From assembly GCA_938038735.1 (NCBI GenBank), contig CALHSW010000074.1, positions 16,302 through 80,301 of the forward strand: DNA of 64,000 bases, given 5' to 3'. Position numbers and translations under genes: made by a program. Under the pieces are notes generated by a model. That model was not told the DNA's origin and made no database searches. It saw nothing but the letters and a program-made list of their open reading frames with translations. The stretch's first letter is position 1, and each line of letters opens with the position of its first letter. The stretch comes from an uncultured Bacteroidia bacterium (GTDB lineage Bacteria > Bacteroidota > Bacteroidia > Bacteroidales > CAJPTX01). Shown one piece after another: positions 52,016-60,972 of the stretch.

Positions 52016-52089
52016 GGCCTCGTAGCTTAACTGAATAGAGCATCTGACTTCGGATCAGAAGGTTGTGGGTTTGAATCCCGCCGGGGTCA
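52016..52089 (+). tRNA. tRNA-Arg (anticodon TCG)
   Basis: Hand-folded cloverleaf with acceptor GGCCTCG/CGGGGTC, anticodon stem TCTGA/TCAGA, loop CT-TCG-GA and T-arm GTGGG-TTTGAAT-CCCGC. 74 nt, no encoded CCA. Confidence 0.85.
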
Positions 52090-52173
52090 CTAGGGTGCAG
52101 AGATTGGAAGGCGTTGAGATTGATAGTGAATAGAGGAGTGGGTGTAGCAGAGGAGTAGAGAAAAATAGATGAG

Positions 52174-52247
52174 GGCTCCGTAGCTTAACTGAATAGAGCA
52201 TCTGACTACGGATCAGAAGGTTGTGGGTTTGAATCCCGCCGGAGTCA
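52174..52247 (+). tRNA. tRNA-Arg (anticodon ACG)
   Basis: Same body as the upstream tRNA, with acceptor GGCTCCG/CGGAGTC (compensatory change) and anticodon loop CT-ACG-GA. 74 nt. Confidence 0.85.
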
Positions 52248-52255
52248 CTAGAGGG

Positions 52256-52307
52256 AGAGAGCGTGCGTTTACAGGGAGAGGGCTGTAGGCGCACCTCTCT
52301 TTTTTTA
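52256..52307 (+). terminator. Rho-independent terminator after the tRNA pair
   Basis: AGAGAG(C)GTGCG ... CGCACCTCTCT stem (11 bp, one bulge) followed by TTTTTTATT. Confidence 0.65.
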
Positions 52308-52375
52308 TTGGGGGCTATGTGGGGGTGTTTCATCCTGTGGTTCGTTGGGGGTCATAGGAGAGGGTGGTTGCGCGG

Positions 52376-52390
52376 TGGCATAAATTTTGC
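52376..52390 (+). promoter_or_regulatory. Candidate sigma-54 promoter TGGCAT-N5-TTGC upstream of the beta-barrel OMP gene
   Basis: TGGCATAAATTTTGC has GG and GC at the canonical -24/-12 spacing. It ends 34 nt upstream of the ATG at 52425 and no TAnnTTTG box is nearby. Confidence 0.45.
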
Positions 52391-52424
52391 CGTGCAAGAC
52401 GTGTGAGTTAAATAGTTTAAAATT

Positions 52425-53090
52425 ATGGGAGTTATGAAGAGAGCAGGGGTACTAATTGCTGCGTTGCTGCTGGTGACTGCGACCGGCGCAAGCGCAAAGT
52501 TCGGTTTTGGGGTTAGGGCAGGAATGGGTGCTGCGTATGCGAACTATCAATACAATTTGGCGGGCTTTTCAAGAGATTCGAAGAATTCAGGCGCAGCGTT
52601 AGCGGCGCATGCGGGCTTGGCGGTGAATCTTGGTCTGCCGCTAGGGTTTGAAGTGGAGAGCGGGGCGCAGTTTGCGCTTCTTGGCAGTCATGTAAAGAGC
52701 GAGAATCTTCTTAGGAACTATACGTGGAATCGTTCGCTCTATACCATCCAGATTCCAGTGCGTGCGGGGTGGAGCTATTCGTTTGGGGATGTTATCGGCA
52801 TTTACGCGCAGCTGGGTCCGCAATTTACGGTGGCTATGGGGGGAAGGAACAAACATACTGGAGATATAGAGATTGCAGCGATTAAGAACGAAGGCGATAT
52901 GACGTTTGGGGATGATGGCAGAAACAACCGTTTCCTTATGGATCTTTCTATGCATGCTGGGGTGCTGCTGGGGGGCTTTCGCGTGGGTGCCTACTACGAT
53001 TTGGGGCTAATGAATATGTCGTCGGTCAAAGAGATAAAGTATAGGCCATCGAGTGCGGGCGTGTCTTTGGCCTATTTCTTTGGCTTCTAG
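52425..53090 (+). CDS. Small outer-membrane beta-barrel (porin-family, OMP_b-brl_2-like) protein
   Basis: Signal peptide (…TATGASA|K), alternating amphipathic beta-strands, and a C-terminal ...GVSLAYFFGF ending in Phe. An alternative ATG is at 52434. Confidence 0.7.
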   Translation: MGVMKRAGVLIAALLLVTATGASAKFGFGVRAGMGAAYANYQYNLAGFSRDSKNSGAALAAHAGLAVNLGLPLGFEVESGAQFALLGSHVKSENLLRNYTWNRSLYTIQIPVRAGWSYSFGDVIGIYAQLGPQFTVAMGGRNKHTGDIEIAAIKNEGDMTFGDDGRNNRFLMDLSMHAGVLLGGFRVGAYYDLGLMNMSSVKEIKYRPSSAGVSLAYFFGF

Positions 53091-53183
53091 AAGGAAGACG
53101 CTAGTAAGTGCATATTTTTGAGTGGAGGGGAATACCGAGAGAGGCGTTCCCCTCTGCGCTGTTTAGAGGTGTTGATTTTACGC

Positions 53184-53191
53184 TACCTTTG
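53184..53191 (+). promoter_or_regulatory. -7 promoter box TACCTTTG for rlmD
   Basis: Exact match 34 nt upstream of the GTG at 53225. Confidence 0.5.
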
Positions 53192-53224
53192 CAGCGGTAA
53201 TAAACGGTAAATAGGGAAAGAGAA

Positions 53225-54640
53225 GTGGCGAGAAAGAGTAAACCACGGCTGGAGCATGTGCGCATGGAGCGCATCGCGGCGGAGGGGAAATGCTTGGCGT
53301 ACGTGGAGCAGGGGACGCTGTTTGTGCCGCAAACGGCACCGGGCGACGTGGTAGAGGTGCAGGTCACCAAGATGCGCAAGCGTACGCTTGAAGGATACGT
53401 GGTGCGCTACGAGGAGCTGTCGCCACTGCGTGTTGATCCAGGATGCGCACATTTCGGGGCGTGCGGGGGGTGCCAGTGGCGGATGATTCCCTACGTGGAG
53501 GAGCTGGAGGCGAAGCGGGCGCAGGTGGAAGGGCAGCTGCGCACGATAGGGAAGGTGGCGTTGCCGGAGGTGGCGCACGTGCTAGGCGGCGAACAGACGG
53601 ATGGGTATCGTAACAAATTGGAGTTTACCTTTAGCCCATTGGGGTGGCGGGTGGAGGTCACCGAGGAGGCTGTGAACACGGAAGAAGGGCCTTTGCCGCT
53701 GGCATTGGGCTTTCACGTGCCTGGGAAATGGGATAGGGTGCTGCACATAGAGCATTGCTGCCTGCAGCCGGAGCCGAGCAATGCCATACGTAATTTTGTC
53801 TACTCGTACGCCGTGGCGTATGGGCTATCGTTCTACGATGCCCGGATGCAGGCGGGGCTGCTGCGCAGCTTGATGGTACGGGTTGCCACCACCGGCGAGG
53901 TGATGGTGCTGCTGGTGGTTTATGAGTGGAACGAGGCCGTGGAGGGCTTGCTGGAGGCGATACGACAGAAGTTTCCACAGATTACATCGCTGCAGTGGAC
54001 TGAAAACCAGAAGGTGAACGACTCGCTCTACGATTTGGAGATGCACGTCTACGCAGGAGATGACTGCATCGAGGAGAAAATGGAGAACCTGCGGTTCAGG
54101 ATAGGGCCGAAGTCGTTTTACCAGACGAACTCGCGCCAGGCAGAGCGTCTTTATGGGGTGGTGCGGGATTTTGCTGCGTTGAAAGGGAGTGAGTTGGTCT
54201 ACGACCTTTACACTGGCGCGGGGACCATTGCGCTGTCGCTGGCGGGGCATGCGAGGCACGTGGTTGGGGTGGAGAGCGTGCCGGAGGCGATAGCGGATGC
54301 CCATAGGAATGCGCAGCGCAATGGGGTGAAGAATGTACAGTTTTACGTGGGGGAGGTAGAGCGCATAGTGGGTGAGGAATTCTTCCAGCGGCATGGGGTG
54401 CCAGATGTGGTGGTGTGCGATCCCCCGCGGGCTGGGATGCACCCGAAGGCTGTGGCCTCATTGCTAGAGCTGGGCGCACCGAGGATCGTGTACGTGAGCT
54501 GTAATCCCGCTACGCAGGCGCGGGACATAGAGCAACTCGGAGGGCGCTACGATGTTGTGGCATTGCAGCCGGTGGATATGTTTCCCCGTACAAAGCACGT
54601 GGAGAATGTGGCGCTGCTGGTGAGGCGGGAAGGAATGTAG
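53225..54640 (+). CDS. rlmD: 23S rRNA (uracil1939-C5)-methyltransferase RlmD (RumA family)
   Basis: N-terminal TRAM-like domain, Fe-S cysteines CAHFGACGGCQW, FYQTN, DLYTGAGTIAL, CDPPRAG, YVSCNPAT. Confidence 0.88.
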   Translation: MARKSKPRLEHVRMERIAAEGKCLAYVEQGTLFVPQTAPGDVVEVQVTKMRKRTLEGYVVRYEELSPLRVDPGCAHFGACGGCQWRMIPYVEELEAKRAQVEGQLRTIGKVALPEVAHVLGGEQTDGYRNKLEFTFSPLGWRVEVTEEAVNTEEGPLPLALGFHVPGKWDRVLHIEHCCLQPEPSNAIRNFVYSYAVAYGLSFYDARMQAGLLRSLMVRVATTGEVMVLLVVYEWNEAVEGLLEAIRQKFPQITSLQWTENQKVNDSLYDLEMHVYAGDDCIEEKMENLRFRIGPKSFYQTNSRQAERLYGVVRDFAALKGSELVYDLYTGAGTIALSLAGHARHVVGVESVPEAIADAHRNAQRNGVKNVQFYVGEVERIVGEEFFQRHGVPDVVVCDPPRAGMHPKAVASLLELGAPRIVYVSCNPATQARDIEQLGGRYDVVALQPVDMFPRTKHVENVALLVRREGM

Positions 54641-54772
54641 AGAATGGCGTAAAGGGAGAGCAGCTTTTGTTGCGGCACTCCCCTACTACATGGTTCAGCT
54701 AGAATTAGCAAGAAGCAACGCCCCCTTCACGGGCATCTTTGGCTGCACTGCCGTTCCCCTTTCGCCAACTAG

Positions 54773-55834
54773 CTAGCAATCATGATGGGTGCAGAAGCAC
54801 TCGCCCGTTTCAATAGCTCTCGCAATAACGAGGCGTACGAAGAGCGCAGCCTTTCGGAGCGACATGTTCAGCGTTCCGCCGCTGGCTTGTGGGTGCCCTC
54901 CGCCATTAAAATAGTTCCTAGCGATGGTGTTTACCTCGGCGTTTCCACGGCTACGCAGCGATACGCGAATTAGCCCATCAGTTCGCTCAGAAATGGAGGC
55001 AGAGATCGCCACGCCCTCCACGGTGAGGGGTTCGTTGACGAGACCCTCGGTGTCGCCGCTAGTGAAGTTGTAACTGTTGAGGAACTCGCTAGATAGCACG
55101 ATGATAGCGGCTTGCCCGTTGGCAAAGAACTCCGTTTTTGTCGCCATGGCATCGCCGTAGAGGCGGTAGCGGTTCTGCGAGTAGCTGCCGAGTACGTGGT
55201 CACGGATGGTGGGCACGTTTGCGCCTAGCTCTACAAGGGTCCCCGCCACCTCAAAGGTGCGCTTGTGTCCGCAGGCGTGGGCGAAGGATCCTGTGTCGGT
55301 TAGTATGCCCATGTAGAGGCAGTTGGCGATGTCGGGCGTTATCGCTTCATTGCCCCATGCGCGGCAGATGATTTCGTAGAGCAGCTCGCATGTAGAGCTT
55401 GACTCTGGACGTGAGAATCCGAGTGTAAAATCTTCAGAGCTGGGGTGGATGTGGTGGTCGATCATTATGCGTGGAGCATCGCAGGTGCGCAGCACCGCTT
55501 CGAGTTGGGGGTCAACCCGAGTGAGCGAGTTATGGTCAACGTGGATGAAGAGCTGCACGCTAGCCAAGAGGGTATTGATAGACTGGCTAGAGGTGGAATA
55601 GGTATGCACAAGGTCGTAGCCATTTACCCACTGTAGCGGTGGAGGCACAGGCGTTGGGGCGATACCAAAGACCTCATGGCCCTGTGCGCGTAGGATTTGG
55701 ATTAGTGCGGTCATGCTGCCAGTGGCATCGCCATCGGGGCGAGCGTGGCAGACCACCGCAATGCGCTGGGCGCTAGCGATGAGACTGTGTAGGTGGTCTA
55801 TTTTCTCTTGGGAAAGAAGGTGTTCTAGGTCCAT
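54773..55834 (-). CDS. nrnA: DHH-family phosphoesterase (NrnA-like oligoribonuclease/pAp phosphatase)
   Basis: CHARPDGDATGS, IDHHIHP (DHH motif), and a DHHA1-like C-terminus GGGHPQASG. Confidence 0.8.
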   Translation of the reverse strand: MDLEHLLSQEKIDHLHSLIASAQRIAVVCHARPDGDATGSMTALIQILRAQGHEVFGIAPTPVPPPLQWVNGYDLVHTYSTSSQSINTLLASVQLFIHVDHNSLTRVDPQLEAVLRTCDAPRIMIDHHIHPSSEDFTLGFSRPESSSTCELLYEIICRAWGNEAITPDIANCLYMGILTDTGSFAHACGHKRTFEVAGTLVELGANVPTIRDHVLGSYSQNRYRLYGDAMATKTEFFANGQAAIIVLSSEFLNSYNFTSGDTEGLVNEPLTVEGVAISASISERTDGLIRVSLRSRGNAEVNTIARNYFNGGGHPQASGGTLNMSLRKAALFVRLVIARAIETGECFCTHHDC

Positions 55835-55857
55835 AGCTTTTTCGTAATGTTGATAGG

Positions 55858-56190
55858 TTAGAAGAATATTAGGCTGTATACGATTTTCTCCCCAAGAAGT
55901 TCGTTGAGCCTGTCCCTTGCCGCGTCCCGCTGGAGTGAAAGGTTGGCTCTAAGCCCAGCGTTTTTGATCTCGATGCGAAGCGTCCCCCTGTTGAGAACGA
56001 TTTGCCCCGTGTGCGCGTTGATGTAGGGCGGGTTTTGGCTATGCCACAGCATGCGTATGCGCGCCTCGAGGAGATTTTGCCTTGCGTTGGGATTGGTGTA
56101 AAGAACCTCCCGTAGCACATCGCCCATGGTGCGGGGTGGGTAGTGGCTACGGAAATACTCCTCGGGTAGGTCGTCAAGCGAGTTGGGCAT
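55858..56190 (-). CDS. DUF721 domain protein
   Basis: 110-aa ORF directly downstream of recF (the conserved Bacteroidetes pair), with ...LWHSQNPPYINAHTGQIVLNRGTLRIEIKNAGLRANL.... Confidence 0.6.
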   Translation of the reverse strand: MPNSLDDLPEEYFRSHYPPRTMGDVLREVLYTNPNARQNLLEARIRMLWHSQNPPYINAHTGQIVLNRGTLRIEIKNAGLRANLSLQRDAARDRLNELLGEKIVYSLIFF

Positions 56191-56204
56191 GGTGCAGGGT
56201 GGAA

Positions 56205-57353
56205 TTAGACGTTGATGGGGGTGATATTTCCATCCTCAACGCCGAAAAATTGGTGGGAGTCGGTGTCGTAGTCAAGGGCCTCCGCGATGCGGTCGGTTTG
56301 AGTGTCGGTGATAAAGACCTGCCCGAAGGGTTCGTTCAGGACGATGGAGATGAGCCGAGCAACTCGTGCGGGGTCAAGCCTGTCGAAAAGGTCATCGAGG
56401 AGAAGGATAGGCGTTGCTTTCGTCTTTTGCGCAAGGAGTTGCAGCTGCGCGAGGCGTAGAGCAATCATGTAGCTGCGCCGTTGCCCCTGCGAACCCTCTG
56501 CGCGGATGGGGAAGTCACCAAGGGAGAAGTCGAGGTTGTCACGGTGGGGACCAACCGTAGTGTGCTGTAGCTGCCGATCGTTTTCCCTTGCGCCGCGGAG
56601 GAGATTCACGAGGTCTCCCTTTTGTAGCTGGCTTTTGTACTCTAGGTCTACGCTTTCTTGCGAGTCAACAAGTTGGGCGTAGAAAGCCTGGAAGAGTGGG
56701 CGTATTGCGTTGCAGAAGTCTACGCGAGCCTTGAATATGGGGGTGGCGCATTCTGCAATCTGTGCGTCAAGAACATCGAGAAGGCCGCTGTCGTGGTTGC
56801 TATCCTTTAGGTGGGCGTTGCGTTGCCGTACGAGGCGGTCGTACTTGAGAAGGTCGTTGAGGTGCTGGTGGTCGTACTGCGAGATGGCGGCGTTGAGGAA
56901 GCGGCGCTTTAGGTCGCCTCCGTCATCAATGATATAGGTGTCGCTGGGGAAAGCGGCAATGAGAGGGATACGTCCGATGTGGTCTGAGATTTTAGGGAGA
57001 GGCTCGCTATCGATTTGTATCTCTTTGACTTTGCCATCGGTATAGCCTAGGCTTACGGAGAAAGGGGAAGCTGCAGAGCTGCTAAACTTTCCGAAAATGG
57101 CGAAGGCGGATTCGCCGTGGCGAATATTCCGGGTATCTCTAAGGTTTTGCGGTGAGCGGCATAGCGCAAGGTAGTAAAGCGCATCGAGGACGTTGGTTTT
57201 ACCTGATCCGTTGGCTCCGATGAGGCAATTGAGGCGAGGCCCGGGTGTGATGTCGGCAACGGCGTAGCTACGAAAGTTGGTGCATTTGAATTCTGTAATG
57301 CAAAAGCTGGCAGCGCCTGAGGCGTCCAAGGGTTGTGATGTTACTGTTTCCAT
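56205..57353 (-). CDS. recF: DNA replication/repair protein RecF
   Basis: Walker A GANGSGKTNVLDALYYL, signature-like SQGQRRS, and Walker B LLLLDDLFDRLD. The start is set at METV because the -7 box overlaps the longer ORF start. Confidence 0.88.
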   Translation of the reverse strand: METVTSQPLDASGAASFCITEFKCTNFRSYAVADITPGPRLNCLIGANGSGKTNVLDALYYLALCRSPQNLRDTRNIRHGESAFAIFGKFSSSAASPFSVSLGYTDGKVKEIQIDSEPLPKISDHIGRIPLIAAFPSDTYIIDDGGDLKRRFLNAAISQYDHQHLNDLLKYDRLVRQRNAHLKDSNHDSGLLDVLDAQIAECATPIFKARVDFCNAIRPLFQAFYAQLVDSQESVDLEYKSQLQKGDLVNLLRGARENDRQLQHTTVGPHRDNLDFSLGDFPIRAEGSQGQRRSYMIALRLAQLQLLAQKTKATPILLLDDLFDRLDPARVARLISIVLNEPFGQVFITDTQTDRIAEALDYDTDSHQFFGVEDGNITPINV

Positions 57354-57365
57354 AGTTTTATAGCG

Positions 57366-57373
57366 CAAAGGTA
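57366..57373 (-). promoter_or_regulatory. -7 promoter box TACCTTTG (minus strand) for recF
   Basis: CAAAGGTA on the plus strand, ending 12 nt upstream of the ATG at 57353. Confidence 0.5.
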
Positions 57374-57519
57374 AGAAATAGTGGTGATAGGGGGGAGTTA
57401 TATTAAGGGATAAGCATTTACTGCTGTTTCAAGCGGGGATGAATGTGTAGAAAGGTGAGTAGTACGGGGCATGCTGGGAGTATTTTAGATGCATTGGAAT
57501 GAGTTTCAAAGGAAAGTAG

Positions 57520-57527
57520 TACCTTTG
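57520..57527 (+). promoter_or_regulatory. -7 promoter box TACCTTTG for the lpxC/fabZ operon
   Basis: Exact match 35 nt upstream of the ATG at 57562. Confidence 0.55.
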
Positions 57528-57561
57528 CCAAGCAAAGGAGTGTGAGGAATAGTATTAAAGA

Positions 57562-58968
57562 ATGGGAGAAGGTATGTCGGAACAACAGCAGACGCTGGAG
57601 CGTGAATTTACGTTTGAGGGGATAGGGATCCATAGCGGAGCGAGAGTGCAAGTAACGGTTTGCCCCGCGGCGGAGAACCATGGGATAGTGTTTTCGAGAG
57701 TAGACCTGGAGGGTTCGCCCTGCGTGGCAGCGTTAGCGGATAAGGTTGTGGATACATCAAGAGGCACGACTTTGGGCGATGGCGCCGCGAAGGTGGCAAC
57801 GGTGGAGCATTTGCTTTCCGCCCTGTGGACGGCTGGGGTTGACAACGCTTTGGTGAAGATAAATGGGGAAGAGGTACCCATTCTTGATGGGAGCGCAAAG
57901 CCGTTCTGTGAGGCAATAAAGGGGGTGGGGCTGAAGGTGCAGAGCGCAATGAGAACTCGCTACGTAGTGCGGGAGCGAATGTCGTTCTCTGACCCAGATC
58001 GGGGCGTTCAGCTTGATGTATACCCCAGTGCCGACTTTAGCGTTGACGTGCTCGTAGACTATAAGTCGGAACTTGTAAGCCACCAGTACGCGAGTTTTAC
58101 TGAGGGGGATGCCTACGCAGAGGAGGTGGCACCATGTAGAACCTTTTCTTTTTTAAGCGAAATAGGCGCAATGCGCAAGCAGAACCTAATCAAGGGTGGG
58201 GCGTTGGCCAATGCAATCGTTGTGGTTGACGAAGAGGTGCCGCAAGGGGAGCTGGACAGCCTTGCAGAGCTGTTTGGCGTAGAGAAGGTCACCATGAACG
58301 AGCTGGGCTTTTTGAGCGACTCCCCGCTACGGTTTAACAATGAGCCGGCGCGGCATAAGCTGTTGGATTTGCTGGGCGACCTATCCCTCGTAGGGCAGCG
58401 GATACAGGGTCACGTGGTGGCTCGACGTCCCGGCCATGCGGCTAATACGGGGTTTGCGAAGCAGATACGGAAAGTGCTACTAGACGAACAGAGACGTCCA
58501 AGTGCACCCTGTCAGGATTTGAGCGCAGAGCCGCTGATGGATGTGGTAGCCATTCAGAAGTTGCTGCCCCATCGCCCGCCCTTCCTACTGGTGGATAAAA
58601 TTATGTCGCTTTCGGAGACAGAGGTGGTTGGGGTGAAAAATGTGACGATGAATGAGGGGTTTTTCGTGGGGCATTTCCCCGGTGCGCCGGTGATGCCGGG
58701 GGTACTCCAAGTGGAGGCTATGGCGCAGGTGGGAGGAATTCTCGTGCTCAGCACAGTGCCTGACCCTGAGAACTACCTGACCTACTTCCTACGAATTGAT
58801 AATGTCCGCTTTAGGCAGAAAGTGGTGCCAGGAGATACGCTGGTGTTCCGCTTAGCGTTAACAGCGCCAATACGTAGGGGTATAGCGAACATGCATGCGG
58901 AGGCGTTCGTGGGGAGCACCCTTGTGGCTGAGGGGGATTTGATGGCACAGATATCAAAAAAACAATAG
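57562..58968 (+). CDS. lpxC/fabZ: Bifunctional UDP-3-O-acyl-GlcNAc deacetylase / 3-hydroxyacyl-ACP dehydratase (LpxC-FabZ fusion)
   Basis: LpxC half: GIGIHSG, TVEHLLSAL, PILDGSA, HKLLDLLGDL. FabZ half: LPHRPPFLLVDKI, FFVGHFPGAPVMPGVL. This fusion is typical of Bacteroidetes. Confidence 0.95.
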   Translation: MGEGMSEQQQTLEREFTFEGIGIHSGARVQVTVCPAAENHGIVFSRVDLEGSPCVAALADKVVDTSRGTTLGDGAAKVATVEHLLSALWTAGVDNALVKINGEEVPILDGSAKPFCEAIKGVGLKVQSAMRTRYVVRERMSFSDPDRGVQLDVYPSADFSVDVLVDYKSELVSHQYASFTEGDAYAEEVAPCRTFSFLSEIGAMRKQNLIKGGALANAIVVVDEEVPQGELDSLAELFGVEKVTMNELGFLSDSPLRFNNEPARHKLLDLLGDLSLVGQRIQGHVVARRPGHAANTGFAKQIRKVLLDEQRRPSAPCQDLSAEPLMDVVAIQKLLPHRPPFLLVDKIMSLSETEVVGVKNVTMNEGFFVGHFPGAPVMPGVLQVEAMAQVGGILVLSTVPDPENYLTYFLRIDNVRFRQKVVPGDTLVFRLALTAPIRRGIANMHAEAFVGSTLVAEGDLMAQISKKQ

Positions 58969-58981
58969 ACGGACGAAGGTG

Positions 58982-59767
58982 ATGGCGATAAGCAAATTAG
59001 CGTACGTGCATCCCGATGCGCAGATTGGGGAGGGAGTTACGATTGAGGCGTTTGCCTATGTTGCGGGGGATGTGGTGATTGGTGATGGTACGTGGGTTGG
59101 TCCGCATGGGGTGATACTTGACGGAGCGCGTGTGGGACGGAGCTGTATGATACACAGCGGGGCCGTAGTGGCAGGTGTGCCGCAGGATTTAAAGTTCAAG
59201 GGGGAATACACCACCGCAGAGATAGGCGATGGGACGATGATACGAGAGTCGGCCACCGTAAATCGCGCCACGCAGTCGAAGGGTAAAACGATTGTCGGAA
59301 GGAACTGCCTTATCATGGCCTATTCCCATGTGGCGCACGACTGCCTGTTGGGGGATAATGTGATATTGGGCAATGCAACGCAGCTAGCGGGCGAAGTTGA
59401 GGTGGACGACTACGCCATCCTCTCGGGGGGATGCTTGGTCCATCAGTTTTCTAGAATAGGGAAACATGCGATGGTGCAGGGCGGGAGCAAGGTGACTAAG
59501 GACGTTCCGCCCTACGCTATGGCGGGGCGTGAGCCGTTAGCTTACAGTGGATTGAACCGAGTAGGGCTGAAAAGGCGTGGGTTTTCCGCCGAGGCGATGG
59601 AGCAGTTGCAGAAGGTGTACTATTTGATATATGGGGCTGGGTACAATGTTTCGCAGGGCCTGGCGCAGATTGAGGCCTCTGTGGTTCCCTCGGCGGAACG
59701 CGATGAGGTGGTAAACTTTATAAAGTCGTCAACGCGTGGAGTGATTCGTGCGTTGAATATGGAGTAG
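58982..59767 (+). CDS. lpxA: Acyl-ACP--UDP-N-acetylglucosamine O-acyltransferase
   Basis: Hexapeptide repeats, ...YSHVAHDCLLGDNVILGNATQLAGEVEVDDYAILSGG..VHQF.RIG and GLNRVGLKRRGF. Confidence 0.92.
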   Translation: MAISKLAYVHPDAQIGEGVTIEAFAYVAGDVVIGDGTWVGPHGVILDGARVGRSCMIHSGAVVAGVPQDLKFKGEYTTAEIGDGTMIRESATVNRATQSKGKTIVGRNCLIMAYSHVAHDCLLGDNVILGNATQLAGEVEVDDYAILSGGCLVHQFSRIGKHAMVQGGSKVTKDVPPYAMAGREPLAYSGLNRVGLKRRGFSAEAMEQLQKVYYLIYGAGYNVSQGLAQIEASVVPSAERDEVVNFIKSSTRGVIRALNME

Positions 59768-59773
59768 AGCATT

Positions 59774-60331
59774 ATGGAGTCTAGTGTGCAGGTAGGGGAT
59801 AAGAGGTTTCGGGTTCTACGGAGTCGGACGCTCTTAGAAGAGGATTGCGATAGGGTAGCCGCATCGGTGCAGCGTTCGCTGGAGGGAGTGGAGCGTCCCC
59901 TTTTCCTCTGTATGCTGAATGGGGCGTTCGTTTTTGCCGCCGATTTGCTCCGCCGTATATCTGGCGCATGCGACGTGGAGTTCATTCGCTTTTCATCGTA
60001 CGATGGGCTTTCGTCCCGTGGGGAAACGAAGGAGATATTGGGGTTAAGGAGCGATGTGCGGGGGCGGCATGTGGTGGTAGTGGAGGATATTATTGACACG
60101 GGGCTTACCATGCGGGTGCTGCTAGGTGAGCTTAAGCGCAGGGGGGCAGCATCAGTGCAGCTGGCGGCTATGTTTTTCAAAAGGGAGGCGTTTAAGGAGC
60201 ATTACACGATCGACCACATTGGTTATGAAGTGCCGAACCTCTTTGTCATAGGGTATGGGCTTGACTATGGGGGACTTGGGCGCAATCTACCCGATTTGTA
60301 CGTGCTTGACGAGGAAAGCAAAAAGCAATAG
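59774..60331 (+). CDS. hpt: Hypoxanthine phosphoribosyltransferase
   Basis: PRPP-binding motif VVVVEDIIDTGLT, L.GAFVF.ADL, and FVIGYGLDY. Confidence 0.9.
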   Translation: MESSVQVGDKRFRVLRSRTLLEEDCDRVAASVQRSLEGVERPLFLCMLNGAFVFAADLLRRISGACDVEFIRFSSYDGLSSRGETKEILGLRSDVRGRHVVVVEDIIDTGLTMRVLLGELKRRGAASVQLAAMFFKREAFKEHYTIDHIGYEVPNLFVIGYGLDYGGLGRNLPDLYVLDEESKKQ

Positions 60332-60356
60332 GTAAAGTAAAAGAAAGGGACGAGCC

Positions 60357-60929
60357 ATGCTAAATTTAGTACTATTTGGTCCTCCGGGGGCGGGCAAAGG
60401 GACGCAAGCTAAGTTTTTGGAGCAGCGTTACGGTATACGACAGCTGTCAACGGGTGATATGCTGCGGGAGGCGATTGCGAAGCAAACACCTCTAGGCATA
60501 GAGGCTAAGGCTTTCATGAACAGGGGCGAGCTTGTGCCTGACGAGAAGGTGATAGGCATTATCAACGAATGCCTTGATCAGTATAGCGACACGAAGGGCT
60601 TTATTTTTGATGGGTTTCCGCGCACAACAGCCCAAGCGGAGCAGCTTGACAAGATGCTGGCGGCCCGTGGGGTGAAAATTGAGGCCATGCTCCTGCTCGA
60701 GGTGCCTAAGGACGAACTCCTAAAGCGCATAATGCTTCGAGGACGAGAGAGCGGGAGAGCCGATGATCAGGACGAGTCAATTATACTCAACAGAATAAAG
60801 GTCTACGAGGAGCAAACCAGGCCCGTGGCTGATTTCTACCGAGCGCAGGGAAAGCTACGAGAGATCGATGGGGTAGGGGCGATAAGCGCTATTACGGCGC
60901 GGTTAGAAGAAGCTATCGAGGCGTTGTAG
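60357..60929 (+). CDS. adk: Adenylate kinase (short-lid type)
   Basis: GPPGAGKGTQA, STGDMLR, FIFDGFPRT and R.DD motifs. Confidence 0.93.
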   Translation: MLNLVLFGPPGAGKGTQAKFLEQRYGIRQLSTGDMLREAIAKQTPLGIEAKAFMNRGELVPDEKVIGIINECLDQYSDTKGFIFDGFPRTTAQAEQLDKMLAARGVKIEAMLLLEVPKDELLKRIMLRGRESGRADDQDESIILNRIKVYEEQTRPVADFYRAQGKLREIDGVGAISAITARLEEAIEAL

Positions 60930-60972
60930 GGATAACGCTGGGGAGTGGTAAAATGAGCGGTGGTGGCTAGGA

